A stretch of DNA of 64,000 nucleotides from Malacoraja senta (Eukaryota), in contig CM075998.1 in NCBI GenBank assembly GCA_038087875.1, positions 6,636,001 through 6,700,000 on the forward strand. Direction: 5' to 3'. The translations under genes were made by a program, and so were the position numbers. This document shows, one piece after another, positions 36,610 through 49,385 of the stretch. The notes beneath the pieces are model-generated. The model saw nothing but the letters and a program-made list of their open reading frames with translations, ran no database searches and had not been told where the DNA came from. Position 1 is the first letter of the stretch. Each line of letters starts with the position of its first letter.

Positions 36610-37335
36610 TCTATATAATTAAAAGTCTAATCTTGACCACTTCCTTTTTGCGTTTTATATTGATTTTAGGAAAAACGCTAACACGTACAGCTGTGATTTT
36701 TGGCCATCTTACTCAGAGTCCCCCTCCGCTCATCGGGTGCCGAGGATTTTTCCCATCGATGAAAAATAAAAGAGTTATTAGTGTTTATAAAATGTTGAGA
36801 TTCTTTCTCCTGTCAATCACGCCATGAAGGCCACGGGTGGGAGGGGGGAAGGGACTATAAAACCCAGAAGTGTGGACGTGGTTCAGTCTCTGCAAGATGG
36901 AGGAGGGAGAGGTCACGACTCACTGTCTTAAGTGGCCTTGCACCCTGCTTGAAATGGTATGAAACTGCACTTGAATTTGGTGGCCTTGCACCCTGCTTGA
37001 AGTGGTAAGAAACTGCACTTGAATTTGGTGGCCTTGCACCCTGCTTGAAATGGAATTTCAAGGAATAGCCGTGAGTCAACTGCCAGCCCACCAGCCGTGA
37101 GTGAGTCTTGAGTGACTGAGCCGCCAGCCCAAGAATCCATTCGGCCCACAATGTCCATACTAGCCCCATGGAAACCAGTCCCTTCAGCCCACAACACCCA
37201 TACTAGCGCTCCAGAAAGCCCCCCCCCCCCCCTCACTGGCCACCAATATTGGAATTGGTGGAGAGGTGGAATATTGCATTGGGGGACCAGACCTCCCGTG
37301 TGATGCTGGGACCCAACTGGTCCCACTTAGTCTAG
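36610..37335 (+). mobile_element. Non-autonomous Helitron H1
   Basis: 5' TCTATATAATTAAAAG; 3' hairpin GGGACC-caact-GGTCCC then CTAG|T; internal 48-bp tandem repeat at about 36932-37053. Confidence 0.8.
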
Positions 37336-38391
37336 TATTATATAAAACTCTGTGTGTGTGTGTCATTTCGTGTGATTCACATCTCCACGAATAACCGACG
37401 CGGTAACGGTGAAATTTTTACATATTCCGGTAGAGATTTACCACATGATTACGAAAATCGCCTGAAAATGTGGTTAATTATTTCCCGACTTTTTTTTACT
37501 AAAACTGTTCACCAATCTGACATATTTTTCAAATCCAACTGCTGAAGCGAGCTGATGACGTCACAATGCCTTGGCCCGTGGACCAGCCGCCCCCCCCCCC
37601 CCCACCCCGGCTCTGGATTAAAGCAGCTGCTGTCAACTCGTTTTCCACGAGTTACGTCACCACCCCCCCCCCCTCCCCCGTTCTTCAAAAGACGCAGAAA
37701 GAACGAGTTCTGTTCTGCAGATCCGGAGGTCACCGAGCACTCACAAGCTTCTCGGCTTGCTTTTGAAGAACTTTCTCCACGCGGCCTGCGCAGCGAGTGA
37801 AGTCACGCCCCCTCCCCCCCCGCTGCTACCCGCTCTCCCGCCCACTCCCCCCAGCCTCCATCCCCCCCGTTTCTGGTTTCCTGAGAGATGCAGCGAGTCG
37901 GGCCCTACACACGCACGCACGCACACACACACACACACACTCCCTCCCACCTCCTCTCTCCCCACCTCCTCTCTATCCCCCCTCCCCACCTCCCCTATCC
38001 CCCACCTCCTCTCTCTCCCCTCCTCTCTCTCCCCCATCTCTCTCTCTCAACCTCTCCCCTTCCCCCTCCCCCTCTCCCCTCCCCCTCTCCCCTCCCCCTC
38101 TCCCCTCCCCCTCTCCCCTCCCCCTCTCCCCCCACCCCCCACCCTTCCCCCCCACTCCCCACTCTCTCCACCCTTCCCCTCTCTCCCTCTCCCCCCGCTG
38201 CCACCCCTCCAGCCCTCCCCACTCCCCCCTCCCTCCCCTCTCCCCCACCACCTATACCTTCCCCCACTCTCCCTCCCGTCTCCCCCTCCCCCCCGTGTGT
38301 GTGGGGGTGGTTAGTGTGTGTGAGAAGCCGCAGGCCCCCCCCCCAACTGCGCGTTGAGGGGATGGGACCCAATGGGTCCTCCTTGGACTAG
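37336..38391 (+). mobile_element. Non-autonomous Helitron H2
   Basis: 5' TATTATATAAAACTCTGTG; 3' hairpin GGACCC-aat-GGGTCC then CTAG|T; C-rich interior. Confidence 0.8.
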
Positions 38392-39359
38392 TACCTGATT
38401 ATAATCAAGTCGTCAACATTGTGTACAGATAAATAAAGATTTAAAAGAGTGGAGCGATTGTAATGTATGATAGCAGATCCTTTCCTGGGACCAGCACACA
38501 AAGAGTTGCCTGGGTTTGGCGCCATCTTGAATTGTAGATGAAGGGTGGGCTACTGAAGCCAGCAAAATCCTTGGGGGTCTTGACAGGGCAGATGTTGAAG
38601 CTGTTTCTTTCAACCGTTTGCATTCATATGGAGACACAAGGAACTTCAGATGCTAGAGAAATCTGAGGAAGGGTCCCGACCCGAATTGTCGCCTGTCCAT
38701 TTCCCTCCAAAGATGCTGCTTGACCTGCTGAGTTCCACCAGCACTTTGTGTGTTGCATTAATATAACGCGCTGAACATGGGAAAACTCCTCCGTCATCCT
38801 TTCACAATTATGCAAAATGACACGGAGCCAAACCAGTGGGATTTGGTAGGGCTGATTTAAAGTTTAAAGATCATTGGTCTTCCAAATATTTGGAGAAAAT
38901 TGCAGCTGATGTGGGCTATGTGTTGGACAATGGGTCTGGCAACGCAAACATGGCAGTAATAACACTCTTGGGAATTTGTTTCAAACTGTTTGTAACCAAT
39001 GAGTGAAACAAAATAATTTTATTGAAGTGTGAAACTTTATATTCAGTGGTTGAAATTCTGACAGCACTCTGTGGTCATTGCTTTGGCTGCCATTGTCTGG
39101 CAAAATGTCATTGCTGTATACTGAAGCTGGTCACAAATAGTAACATGAAGTGACAGAATATCTATAAATATTCATACTATTTCATTGCAAATGTTTCCCT
39201 AGATTGCGTACAACATGGACTTGAGCTTATGTCACATCAGTAAGATGGATGAACGATATGCTTGTCTCATTAAAATATGGGACCCCTGTCTTGTCCTAGC
39301 AAAAGAAAACAGAAATCTTTGAGTAGAAAGGATAAATATTCTATTTTACAGGAGAGATT

Positions 39360-39710
39360 TTGCATCTTCCTGCACACTACAGCCTCCAACCTTATCATTC
39401 CCCAGCCCCGCTCAGCCCGGTTTTATCTTCTCCCCAAACTCCATAAACACAACTGCCCTGTTGTTTCTGCTTGCTCCTGTCCCACTGAATTCATTTCCAC
39501 GTACCTCTACTCCATTTCATCCCACCTGGTCCAATCCCTCCCGACCTAAGTCCGACAGCTCACACGCCCTTTGTCTCTTCAATGACTTCCATTTTCCAGG
39601 CGCCCACTCCCTCATCTTTACAAGAGTCTGAAGAAGGGTCTCGACCCGAAACGTCGCCCATTCCCTCTCTCCAGAGATGCTGCCTGTCCATATGAGTTAC
39701 TCCAGCATTT
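39360..39710 (+). mobile_element. PLE RT N-terminal fragment joined to a pLTR
   Basis: ARFYLLPKLHK..VSACSCPTEFIS..LVQSLPT. Confidence 0.75.
39628..39655 (+). ncRNA. Minimal hammerhead ribozyme-like core (the only fully intact plus-strand copy seen)
   Basis: CUGAAGA-A-GGGU-CUCG-ACCC-GAAA-CGUC. Confidence 0.6.
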
Positions 39711-40829
39711 GCTGGCCTGGTCTAAGAAACCCTTCTGTTCGGTTTATTTAGTACATTTTAGTCAACTAGTTTTATGATTAGTCATCTTCTGAAGTTTATT
39801 GTTAACCAAAAGAAAGAAAGCACCACATTGTGTGCAAGTTCAAATGTGTGTTTTATCTACGCAGTTGGGCATTTAAAGCTGAGAGAGGCAGAACAGTGCG
39901 TTACTTTGCTCTCCACAGCCACTGATGGCGCTGAAATTAATATTATGTAGAAGTCCATAAAAAGTGAATAGTTATCCAAAGAACAGCAAGGAAACTCAGA
40001 ATGGGCATCTAAAGATGATGTAATTCAGTTCATTTTATAAAGGCCTGAGTGTTTGTCATTGACGGATGTCAAACCTAACAGAGTGAGGTTATGTGGACAC
40101 AAGGAACTGCAGATGCTGGATTACAAAAAGAAAAGCCACCAAGCGTTGGAGTTCCTCAATGGGTCAGGCAGCATCTCTGGAGAACATGGATAGTTTTGGG
40201 TAGGCACCCTTCTTCAGACTGATTGTATTTGGGGGAGGGGAGGGGAGAAAGCTGGGTGGAGGCAGGACAAGGTCCGGCAAGTGATGGGTATGGAGAGTTT
40301 TCGTTTAGCAGATGGTTCGACAAAGGTGAGATGAAAAGACAAAGTGAATGTGATAAATTAGGTTTTATTAGGTTGTAAAAGAAATATTACTATTTTGTAT
40401 GTTTTTCCTGGAAATAAATATTTTGTTGGCCTCCAAATCAGATGCCAATTACCCCATTACCTCCCACTGGGAATTTTCTACTCTCCCTATCAAGATCGAT
40501 CCTCATACTGACTTCTCCAGTACTTTTAACACCATCCGGCCTGCACTGCTAGGGAGCAAACTGACGAAGATGTGAGTGGATGCTCCATTGGTGAGGTGAT
40601 ATGGGTGGAGCTGAGGAACAAGAAAGGGATGGTCACCTTGTTCAGGGTGTACTACAGACCCCAGAATAGTCAACGGGAATTAGAAGAACAAATGAGTCGG
40701 GACATTGCATACAGCTGCAGGTTAAATAAGGTTGTTGTAGTAGGGGATTTTAACTTTCCCAATATAGACTGGGAAAATCATATGGGGTGCAATTCCTCAA
40801 AAGTGTTCAGGAGAGTTTTCTTAAGCAGT

Positions 40830-41684
40830 AAGTTTGCCGTCAACACCACTGGTGTTGGACGAATCACAGATGGGGACGAGTCAGAGTATAGAAGTGAGAT
40901 CGACCGACTGACCAGATGGTGCCAGCACAATAACCTGGCTCTCAACATCAGTAAGACCAAGGAACTGATTGTGGACTTTGGCAGGGAATGGATGAGGACC
41001 CACAATCCTGTTCACATCAATGGGACGATGGTGGAGAGGGTCAATAACTTCAAATTCCTGGTCATGCATATATCCGACGATCTTTCCTGGACCCAGCACA
41101 CCGATGCAATTATAAAGAAGGCACATCAGCGACTCTACTTCCTGAGAAGATTACGGAGATTCGGCATGTCGAAGAGGATTCTCCTAAACTTCTACAGGTG
41201 CACGGTAGAGAGCATCCTGACTGGTTGCATCGTGGCCTGGTTCGGCAACTTGAATGTCCAGGAGCGAAAAACTTGTGACCACTGCCCAGTCCATCACCGG
41301 CTTTGACCTCCCCACCATCGAAGGGATCTATCATAGTCGCTGCCTAAAAAAGGCAGCCAAAATCATCAAAGACCCACACCATCCTGGCCACACACACATT
41401 TCACCATTGTCATCAGGAAGAAGGTACAGGAGCCTGAAAACTGTAATGTCCAGGTTCAGGAACAGCTTCTTCCCTACAGCCATCAGGCTATTAAACACAA
41501 CAACAAATAAGTTCTGAATTGCAAAAGACTATATTATTATTGCACTATATTTGGTTATTTATTGAACTTTTTTTTCTCTTCCCCCGTTATGTACGATGTT
41601 TATATATTCACATATTCTGTAGTGCTGCAGCAAGTAAGAATTTCATTGTCCCATCCGGGACATATGACAATAAAACACTCTTGA
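40830..41684 (+). mobile_element. Rex1/Babar-clade LINE 3' fragment
   Basis: WCQHNNLALNISKTKELIVDF, KKAHQRLYFLRRLRRF, RFRNSFFPTAIRLLN; tail stem-loop + TGACAATAAA. Confidence 0.85.
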
Positions 41685-42209
41685 TGGACCCCACACGTGA
41701 GAGGGCAACGCTGGATCTAGTATTGGGAAATTGGGAAGGGCAAGTTAATGAAGTGTGTGTGGAGGAGCCTTTTGGGACCAGTGACCACAGTTCCATTAGG
41801 TTTAAGATAGTTATGGATAGGGATGGAGAGGGTCCAAGTGTTAAAATGCTCAACTGGGGTAAGGCCAACTTTGAGGGTATGAGAGAAGGCCTCGCTCAAG
41901 TTGACTGGAGCAGGTTATTTGAGGGGCAAGGAACATCGGCCAAGAGGGATGTTTTTAAAAGTGTACTGAAGAAAGCAGAGGGTATGTACGTCCCCGTTAG
42001 AGTGAAGGGCAAAGCAGGGAAACGTAAGGAAGCTTGGCTGACGAGGGAAATTGAGACGTTAAAGTCAAAAACAAAAAGGATGCACGGGACAGGTTTAGGC
42101 AGCTGGGATCAAGTGTATCCCTGGAGGAGTTTTGGGAACTAAGGAGTAAATTAAAAAAGGAAACCAGGAGATAGCTCTGGCAGGTATTATTAAGGACAAT
42201 CCCAAAAGA

Positions 42210-42732
42210 GGTGGGGGGGGGGGGGATGATAGTTTCTCTCCCCCCCCCCCCCCCGATCGGCCCTCCCCACTCCCTGCCCAAACACTGGGATCATGGGATC
42301 AAAATGCAACCAGAACTTGATGAGCAGCCCCTTCAGATATTGGTAGAGGGGCAGCAACCTCGTTACCGTTGGCAACGTCCCATTGTGATGTCAGTGTGGC
42401 AGTTGGCAGCCAGCTTGAGATCCCATTGTTACCGTTGGCAACGTCCCATTGTGATGTCATTGAGGCAGTTGGCAGCCAGCTTGAGAGCCCATTGTGATTG
42501 GTGCCCTGTGAGAGGCATTGTGACATCATCACTGTGAGAAGGCTCGAAGGTGTCTGTGAGAAGGTGGCTTTGGCTGTTTTTCAAATTTAAACGATTAATA
42601 ACTTCGGAAATATAGGTGGAAATGCGACTGGAAGATGTTTATCGCCACCAGGGGATAATGTGAGCACGATGTGTGAAAATGGTTAGGCTGTGGCCTAGCG
42701 TTTGAAAGCAGATAGGAATTAACCAGATTCGC

Positions 42733-42798
<66 letters not shown>

Positions 42799-42815
42799 TT
42801 ATATAGAGATATAGA
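42210..42815 (-). mobile_element. Helitron 5' part, 3' end lost, inserted in CR1
   Basis: Minus strand A|TCTATATCTCTATATAAC(GT)n start, as in the other Helitrons; TGACATCACAATG motif. Confidence 0.6.
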
Positions 42816-43945
42816 TAATGGGGAAAAGCGTAACTAGAGAGAAAGAGAGAGTGGGACCTGTCAGGAATCAAAGCGGTCACCTCTGTGTGGAGCCACAGGA
42901 GATGGGTAAGGTCCTCAATGAGTATTTCTCCTCTGTATTTACCGAGGAGAAAGACAGTAGGATGGAGGAAATTGGAGCTGTCACTGGAAGTGTCTTGAGA
43001 GGAGTCAGGGTTACTGTCGAAGAAGTACTGAAGGTACTGTCGTTTTTGAAGGTAGACAAATCTCCAGGGCCTGATCAGATATATCCGAGGACATTGTGGG
43101 AAACTAGAGAGGAAATTGCGGGAGCCCCGATTGAAATTTACAAGTCGTCCTTAAATACAGGAGAGGAGCCGGAAGACTGGAGGGTGGCAAATGTTGTGCC
43201 TCTTTTCAAGAAGGGCTGCAGGGAAAATGCTGGGAACTATAGGCCGGTGAGCTTAACATCTGTAGTTGGTAAGTTACTGGAGAGTATTCTGGGGGATAGG
43301 ATATACAGGCATTTGGATGGGCAAGGGCTGATTAGGGAGAGTCAGCATGGTTTTGTACGTGGGAGGTGGTGTCTCACTAATCTGATTGATTTTTTTGAAG
43401 ATGTGACCAAAAATGTTGATGAAGGCAGAGCTGTAGATATTGTGTACATGGACTTCAGCAAGGCGTTCGACAAGGTTCCACATGGTAGGCTGCTCTGGAA
43501 GGTTAGATCGCAAGGGATCCAAGGAGAGATAGCTTAATGGATAACAAATTGGCTCCATGGAAGGAAGCAGTGGGTAATGGTGGAATGTTGCTTCTCAGCC
43601 TGGAGGCCTGTGACTAGTGTTGTGCCTCAGGGTTCGGTGCTGGGCCCGTTACTGTTTGTCATCTACATCAATGATTTGGATGAGAACATACAGGGCAAGA
43701 TTAGCAAGTTTGCTGATGATACAAAAGTTAGTGGTTTTGCAGATAGTGAAGATGGTTGTGAATGATTGCAGCAGGATCTGGATCGATTGGGCAGGTGGGC
43801 GGAGGAATGGTTGATGGAATTTAATACAGAGAAGTGTGAGATGTAGCATTTTGGGATGTTGAACAAGGGCAGGACCTACACAGTAAATGGTAGGCCTCTG
43901 GGTAGTGTTGTAGAGAACAGCGATCTAGGAGTTCAGGTGCATGCT

Positions 43946-44727
43946 CAGAGCTGCGAAGTAGTACAGATTTTCAGTATTTTGTATGGAAATGCGATAAGAA
44001 TACGGATGTATGGATTTGCTTTGTAAAATATGGATTTTATTTTTAATCGGCCCGACTTCCTGTTTCATCTTGCTGCTTAAAAAATGCAAGGATATAATTA
44101 TTTTTGTAAGCTTTTATCTGCCTGTCCCGCTACAGGTTTAAAGAGCACTGTCAGTTTAGCGTGTGGGAACGAACAGCACTATGGGTTCTAATTATAGTGC
44201 TACCAGCTGGAGCGCTATTGCCTTTTCATAAAGCGCTATGGGCTTTACACATAGCGCTATGGCCACAGCGCTATGGGTCACAGACTGTTCGGGGAGGGAG
44301 AGGGAGGGATGGAATAAGAGAGGGAGGGAGAAAAAAAGGAAGGAGGCAGGTAGGAAGAAAGGAAGGGAAAAGGGAGGGAGAGAGGGAAGGAACGATAGGA
44401 AGGAGGAAGAGCGAGCGAGGGAGAGAGAGGGAGGCTTCCAAAATGGCTTCTACATCATCATCTGGTGCTAAAAGCAGGAAGCAGCCGTTCAAACAGAAGT
44501 ACACAAAGAGATGGCAATGAATGCACTGTCAAGTAAGGTGCCTCGAAGACATGTCAATTGGTAGAAAAGTTATGTATTCTTGTACTCTTACATGGGTATG
44601 ACCGCACATAAAAAATAATATTTTTTTTCAGCAAAACGGCACCATGTAAAAATACTGATTCCTCAGCAAAATAATGATTTTCAGGTACTAGAACACTGAA
44701 ATGCTCTGACAAAACTTGGCGGCTCTG
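43946..44727 (+). mobile_element. Non-autonomous TIR DNA transposon, family 2, copy 2
   Basis: TIRs CAGAGCTGCGAAGT / ACTTGGCGGCTCTG (12 of 14 match); collinear with 22801-23782. Confidence 0.82.
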
Positions 44728-44906
44728 GTTCCTTGAAGGTCGAGTCGCAGGTAGATAAGGTGGTCAAAAAGGCTTTTGGCTCTTTGGCCTTCATCAGTTC
44801 GAATATTGAGTATAGAATGTTTAAGAAGGAACTGCAGATGCTTGAAAACTGAAAGGTAGACAAAAATGCTGGAGAAATTCAGCGGGTGAGGCAGCATCTA
44901 TGGAGC

Positions 44907-45071
44907 TTCTTCCTTGTGTCCGGCCATCTTCTATATCACGTCTTTCCGGTTGGTCAGTGACGGTTGACGGTCGGTGGTTGCAGAATTGGCTACTTCAGTC
45001 AGTCACTGTGGTACAGTTTCTGTCGTTAGCATTGCCCGGGATGCGCCACGTGGAGGCTTCTGCTTGCATCC
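44907..45071 (-). mobile_element. 165-bp LINE 3' fragment (possibly Vingi/Ingi- or RTE-like) inserted in a pLTR
   Basis: Perfect 12-bp TSD CATCTATGGAGC at 44895-44906 and 45072-45083; minus strand ends ..gtgatatag..ggacacaaggaagaa. Confidence 0.6.
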
Positions 45072-45096
45072 CATCTATGGAGCGAAGGAAATAGGC

Positions 45097-45124
45097 AACG
45101 TTTCGGGTCGAAACCCTTCTTCAG
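45097..45124 (-). ncRNA. Minimal hammerhead ribozyme-like core
   Basis: Reverse complement CUGAAGA-A-GGGU-UUCG-ACCC-GAAA-CGUU. Confidence 0.55.
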
Positions 45125-45959
45125 ACTGATGTGATGGTGGGGGGGGGGGGGGGGGGGCGGGAAGAAGAAAGGAAGAAGTGGAGCCAGTGGGCTGAGGGAG
45201 AGCTGAGAAGGGGAGGAGAAAGCAGGGACTACCTGAAATTAGAGAAGTCAATGTTCATACCGCTGGGGTGCAAACTGCCCAATCGAAATATGAGGTGCTG
45301 CTCCTCCAATTTACGGTGGTCCTCACTCTGGCCAAGGAGGAGGGCCAGAACAGAAAGGTCAGATTCGGAATGGGAGGGGGAGTTGAAGTGCTGAGCCACC
45401 GGGAGATCATGTTTGGTTATTGCGAACCGAGCGGTGTTCGGCGAAGCGATCGCCAAGCCTACGCTTGCTCACCGATGTAGAGCAGCTGACATCTAGAGCA
45501 GCGGATGCAATAGATGAGGTTGGAGGAGGTGCAGGTGAACCTCTGCCGCACCTGAAAGACTGCTTGGGTCCTTGAATGGAGTCAAAAGGGGGGAGGTAAA
45601 GTGACAAGTGTAGCATTTCTTGTAGCAAGGGAAAGTGCCCGGAGAGGGGGGGTGGTTCGGGTGGGAAGGGACGAATTGACCAGGGAGTTCCGGAGAGCAG
45701 ACAGGGGAGGAGATGGGAAGATGTGGCAAGTGGTGGGATCACGTTGGAGGTGGCGAAAATGTCGGAGGATTATTTGTTGTATGTGACGGCTGATAGGGTG
45801 GAAGGTGAGGACAAGGGGGACTCGGCCCTTGTTGGGGAGTGAGAGCAGAGTTACGGGGTATAGAAGAGACCCTGTTGAGAGCCTCATCTATAGTAGAAGA
45901 GGGGTATGACCGCAGTCTCTTCCTTTCCACCATTCAGCCAACACAGTCCCAATCCTTGT

Positions 45960-47200
45960 TCTCAAGTCAAGTGTTTAATTGCCTTATGTACTGAAAGAGA
46001 AGAATGAAATTCTTACTTGCAGTGGCACAACAGATATGGAAACACAGTACACCATAGATAACATAATAAGCAAACAAAAAAAGTTTGATAAATTAAAAAC
46101 ACATTATAAACACAAAACAAACAAAGCCCCAAGTCCCTCGTGCAACCAAGATCAACATTTGTAGTTTAGTTGTAGTTCACAGTGTTCTACAGCCTGATGG
46201 TTATTGGGAAGAAGCTGTTCCTCAATCTGGACGTCACAGTTTTCAGACTGCTATATCTTCTTCCCAATGGCAGGAGTAAAATGAGAGCGTGGTGTGGTTC
46301 CTTGATGATGCTGGCTGCCTCTTTGTTTGATGATGGGGAAGTCAGTACCCTTCTTGTAATTTCCTTTGTTCCTGGGCGTTCGAGTTGCTGAACCAGGCCG
46401 TGATGCAAGTGGTCAATATGCTCTACTGTACCCCTGTAGATGGCCAAGAGAGTATTCATCGACGTTCCAAATCTCCTCAATCTTCTCTGGATGTAGAGGT
46501 GTTGATGAGCATTCTTTATGATTGCATCAATGTGTTGGTTCTAGGACAGATCTTCAGAGATATGCACAACCAGGAATTAGAACTTTTTGACTCTCTCCAC
46601 TACCGATCCATTGATGAAGACAGGTTTTGGATCCTCTGTCTTCCTCTTCTAAAGTTTACAATCAGCCCCTTGAGTTTACTGACGTTGTTGTTCTGGCCCC
46701 ATTCAACCAGACATCTCCCTCTTATACTCCGACTCATCATTATCTGTCATTCGTCCAACAACTGTGGTGTTGTAGGCAAATTTAAAGAGGGGAATGGGAG
46801 CTGTGTCCGGCCACACAGTCATGGGTTTGGAGTGAGTACAGGCAGAGGCTGAGCACACAGCCTGGAGGTGCCCCTGTAATAATGATTATCGAGGAGGAAG
46901 TGTTGGTGCCTATTAATACTGATTGTGTTTTGATCAGGAAGTCAAGGACCAGGTGCAAAGTGATGCACAGAGACCCAGTTTCCTGAGCTTGGTAACAAGC
47001 TTGGAGGGGACAATGGTGTTGAATGCTGAGCTGTAGTCTGTAAACCACAGCCTGATGTATATCTTGTTATTGTCCAATTGGTCTAGTGCAGAGTGGAGAG
47101 CCAGCAAAATCGCTTCCTCCATTGATCTGTTGTGGCAGTTGGCAAATGATACTGGGACCAGGTTCTTGCTGAGGTAGGAGTTGGTCTGTGCCATAACCAA
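45960..47200 (-). mobile_element. Degenerate Rex1/Babar LINE (RT to 3' tail)
   Basis: NRSMEEAI..DYSSAFNTIVPSKL, TGAPPGCVLS, RLRNSFFPITIRL. Confidence 0.82.
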
Positions 47201-48159
47201 CCGCAAAGCATGGTGTTGTTGCCAATTCATACTGATTGTGTTCCGTTGATGAGGAAGTCGAGGATTCAGTTGCAAAGGATCACAAACCCAACTACATGAT
47301 ATGCTATACAGTTACATTTGGTTCAACAATGTCAAGTTTCATGCCATCAAAAATCCAAAGATTGTGTTTGAGAGCAAAGGCCAGCCCAAACCCTTCTTTA
47401 TGATTAATAGCCCTTCAAATCTTTTTCTCTCACTCCCTTACCTATGGCTCAATTGAGCAGATTATCTCATGGATAGTTTTTGTACTTCTGCAGATTGAGG
47501 CCATTAGCTTGGCTGCCTCTGCATTATGTTCCTTGCTCTCAACCCATTGCCATGATATATACATCGCTTCGTAATCTCTTAAAACGTTCCTCCACCAGCC
47601 ACAATAACCCTTTCACTGTCCGCTCTCCTCCTCACTAGTGAAGCTGCAGTCCTTCCTAGAAGCTCAAATTCATCTCTCCATTTAACAAGATAGACACAAA
47701 ATGCTGGAGATCTCCAGCATTTCTCCGGAGATGCTGCCTTTCCCGCTGAGTTACTCCAGTATGTTGTGTCTATCTTTGGTGAAAACCAGCATCTGCAGTT
47801 CATTCCTACACCTCTCCATTTTGCAAAATATGTTTAATCTCCATCTTTCCCCATTGAATTCATCATATATGTCATGTCTCACCCCCAACTCTTTCAAAAC
47901 ATTCTGTTCAAATTCCTCCATTCAGGTGTCCACCCTTCCATCACTGTGTTGTCGGAGTTTATGACCATGTCTTAACTCATCTTTTCCTTGGAATAGCTGT
48001 TTTGTTCCACCTCTCTTCCCACCCCCAAAGTTTGTCGTCTGGGTCATCCTCGCGTTCCTCATACATTAGTTTCGTAGTGACGTTATCGAAGTTACGAACT
48101 TTAACTTTCCTAATCACACCTTTAATAAATTACCGGCCTACTTGAGAATGAAACACTGC

Positions 48160-48550
48160 ATATAGAAACATACAAAATTCTTATGGGGTTGGACAGGCTA
48201 GATGCAGGAAGATTGTTCCCGATGTTGGGGAAGTCCAGGACAAGGGGTCACAGCTTAAGGATAAGGGGGAAATCCTTTAAGACCGAGATGAGGAAAAACT
48301 TTTTCACACAGAGAGTGGTGAATCTCTGGAACTCTCTGCCACAGAGGGTAGTTGAGGCCAGTTCATTGGCTATATTTAAGAGGGAGTTAGATGTGGCCCT
48401 TGTGGCTAAGGGGATCAGGGGGTATGGAGAGAAGGCAGGTACGGGATACTGAGTTGGATGATCAGCCATGATCATATTGAATGGCGGTGCATGCTCGAAG
48501 GGCCGAATGGCCTACTCCTGCACCTATTTTCTATGTATCTATGTATCTAT
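48160..48550 (+). mobile_element. CR1 3' end
   Basis: TRGHSLRI..FFTQRVVNLWNSLP plus tail. Confidence 0.88.
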
Positions 48551-48764
48551 ATTCTCCATTACCAATTGCTGCAAACCTACCTGTCTAATACTGCCTGAAA
48601 TCATTTTCCATCTCCTTGGTACCACTCACTTCTGTCAATCCAGTGTCATCCTTCCCACCTTCCCAATCTACACATCTCTTAGATTTTCCAATCTTCATGC
48701 ACCCAGTTATGCTTGCCATTTATTCTTATCTTTACCAATCCACACTGCAATCGTACAGCCTTGG

Positions 48765-49385
48765 GAAGGCCTGCTGGAACTCCCGGTTGCGAACCATTTT
48801 AACTCCCCTTTCCATTTCCCGCACCGACCTTTCTGTCCTGGGTCTCCATTGTCAGAGTGAGGCCACACGCAAACTGGAGGAACAGCACCTCATATTCCAC
48901 TTGGGTAGTTTACAACCCAACAGTATGAACATTGAGTTCTTCAGTTTTAGGTAACCTCTCAAAAGCGCCCCCTCCCTCTCCATTTTGTCCCCCCCAACCC
49001 CCCCTTCTTTTATCCCCCCCGCCCCCACGCGCCCACCTGGACTCGCACCTCTTTCTTCCCTTCCTCCTCCTACATTCCTTCCTCTGGCTTCACAATTTGC
49101 AACTCTTCCATCCTTCTGGCTCACTCCTTTTGTTATAATCTCTGGCCTCTGTTCCAACCATCTGCCTGTCAATCCTCTCCCCCCCCCCCTCGTGCCTTTG
49201 TCCACCCAATTACCTGTCACTCTTCTCTCAGCTTTCTTCACCCCCCCCCCTCCTCCCCTTACTATCAGTTTGAAGAAGGGTCCTCAAAACGTCACCTATT
49301 CATGTTCTCCAGAGATGCTGCCTGAAACTCCAGTGCTTTGAGTTGTTTTTTTTGTAAATCAGCTCTGCGGTTCCTTGTTTCTACC
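48765..49385 (+). mobile_element. PLE 3' end
   Basis: LPVANHFNSP..EEQHLIFHLGSLQP, 3' UTR, degenerate pLTR. Confidence 0.8.

Larger units (their letters stand above)
40570..44818 (+). mobile_element. CR1 LINE ORF2 remnant carrying three nested insertions
   Basis: Endonuclease (VYYRP, GDFNFPNIDW) and RT ([28 protein letters not shown]) pieces are collinear across the insertions. Confidence 0.9.
44819..45905 (-). mobile_element. PLE 3' part (linker, GIY-YIG, pLTR)
   Basis: RVPLVLTFHP, PVAQHFNSPSH..EQHLIFRLGSLHPSGMNIDFS. Confidence 0.88.

Noticed and set aside
37757..38391. Long Pro/Leu/Ser-rich ORFs (also 50989-52011, 52923-53585, 55047-55559, 56747-57429)
   Set aside because: They arise from stop-poor C/T low-complexity tracts inside Helitrons and are open in several frames at once.
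38880..38950. KYLEKIAADVG peptide resembling SPRYD3 EYLGKGKSIVDVG
   Set aside because: Weak similarity for a highly conserved protein, and it does not continue.
40572..41306. 244-aa ORF as a chimeric endonuclease-RT gene
   Set aside because: Chance read-through from a decayed CR1 endonuclease fragment into a nested Rex1 fragment whose catalytic motif is mutated (FAVN for FADD) and which is frameshifted downstream.
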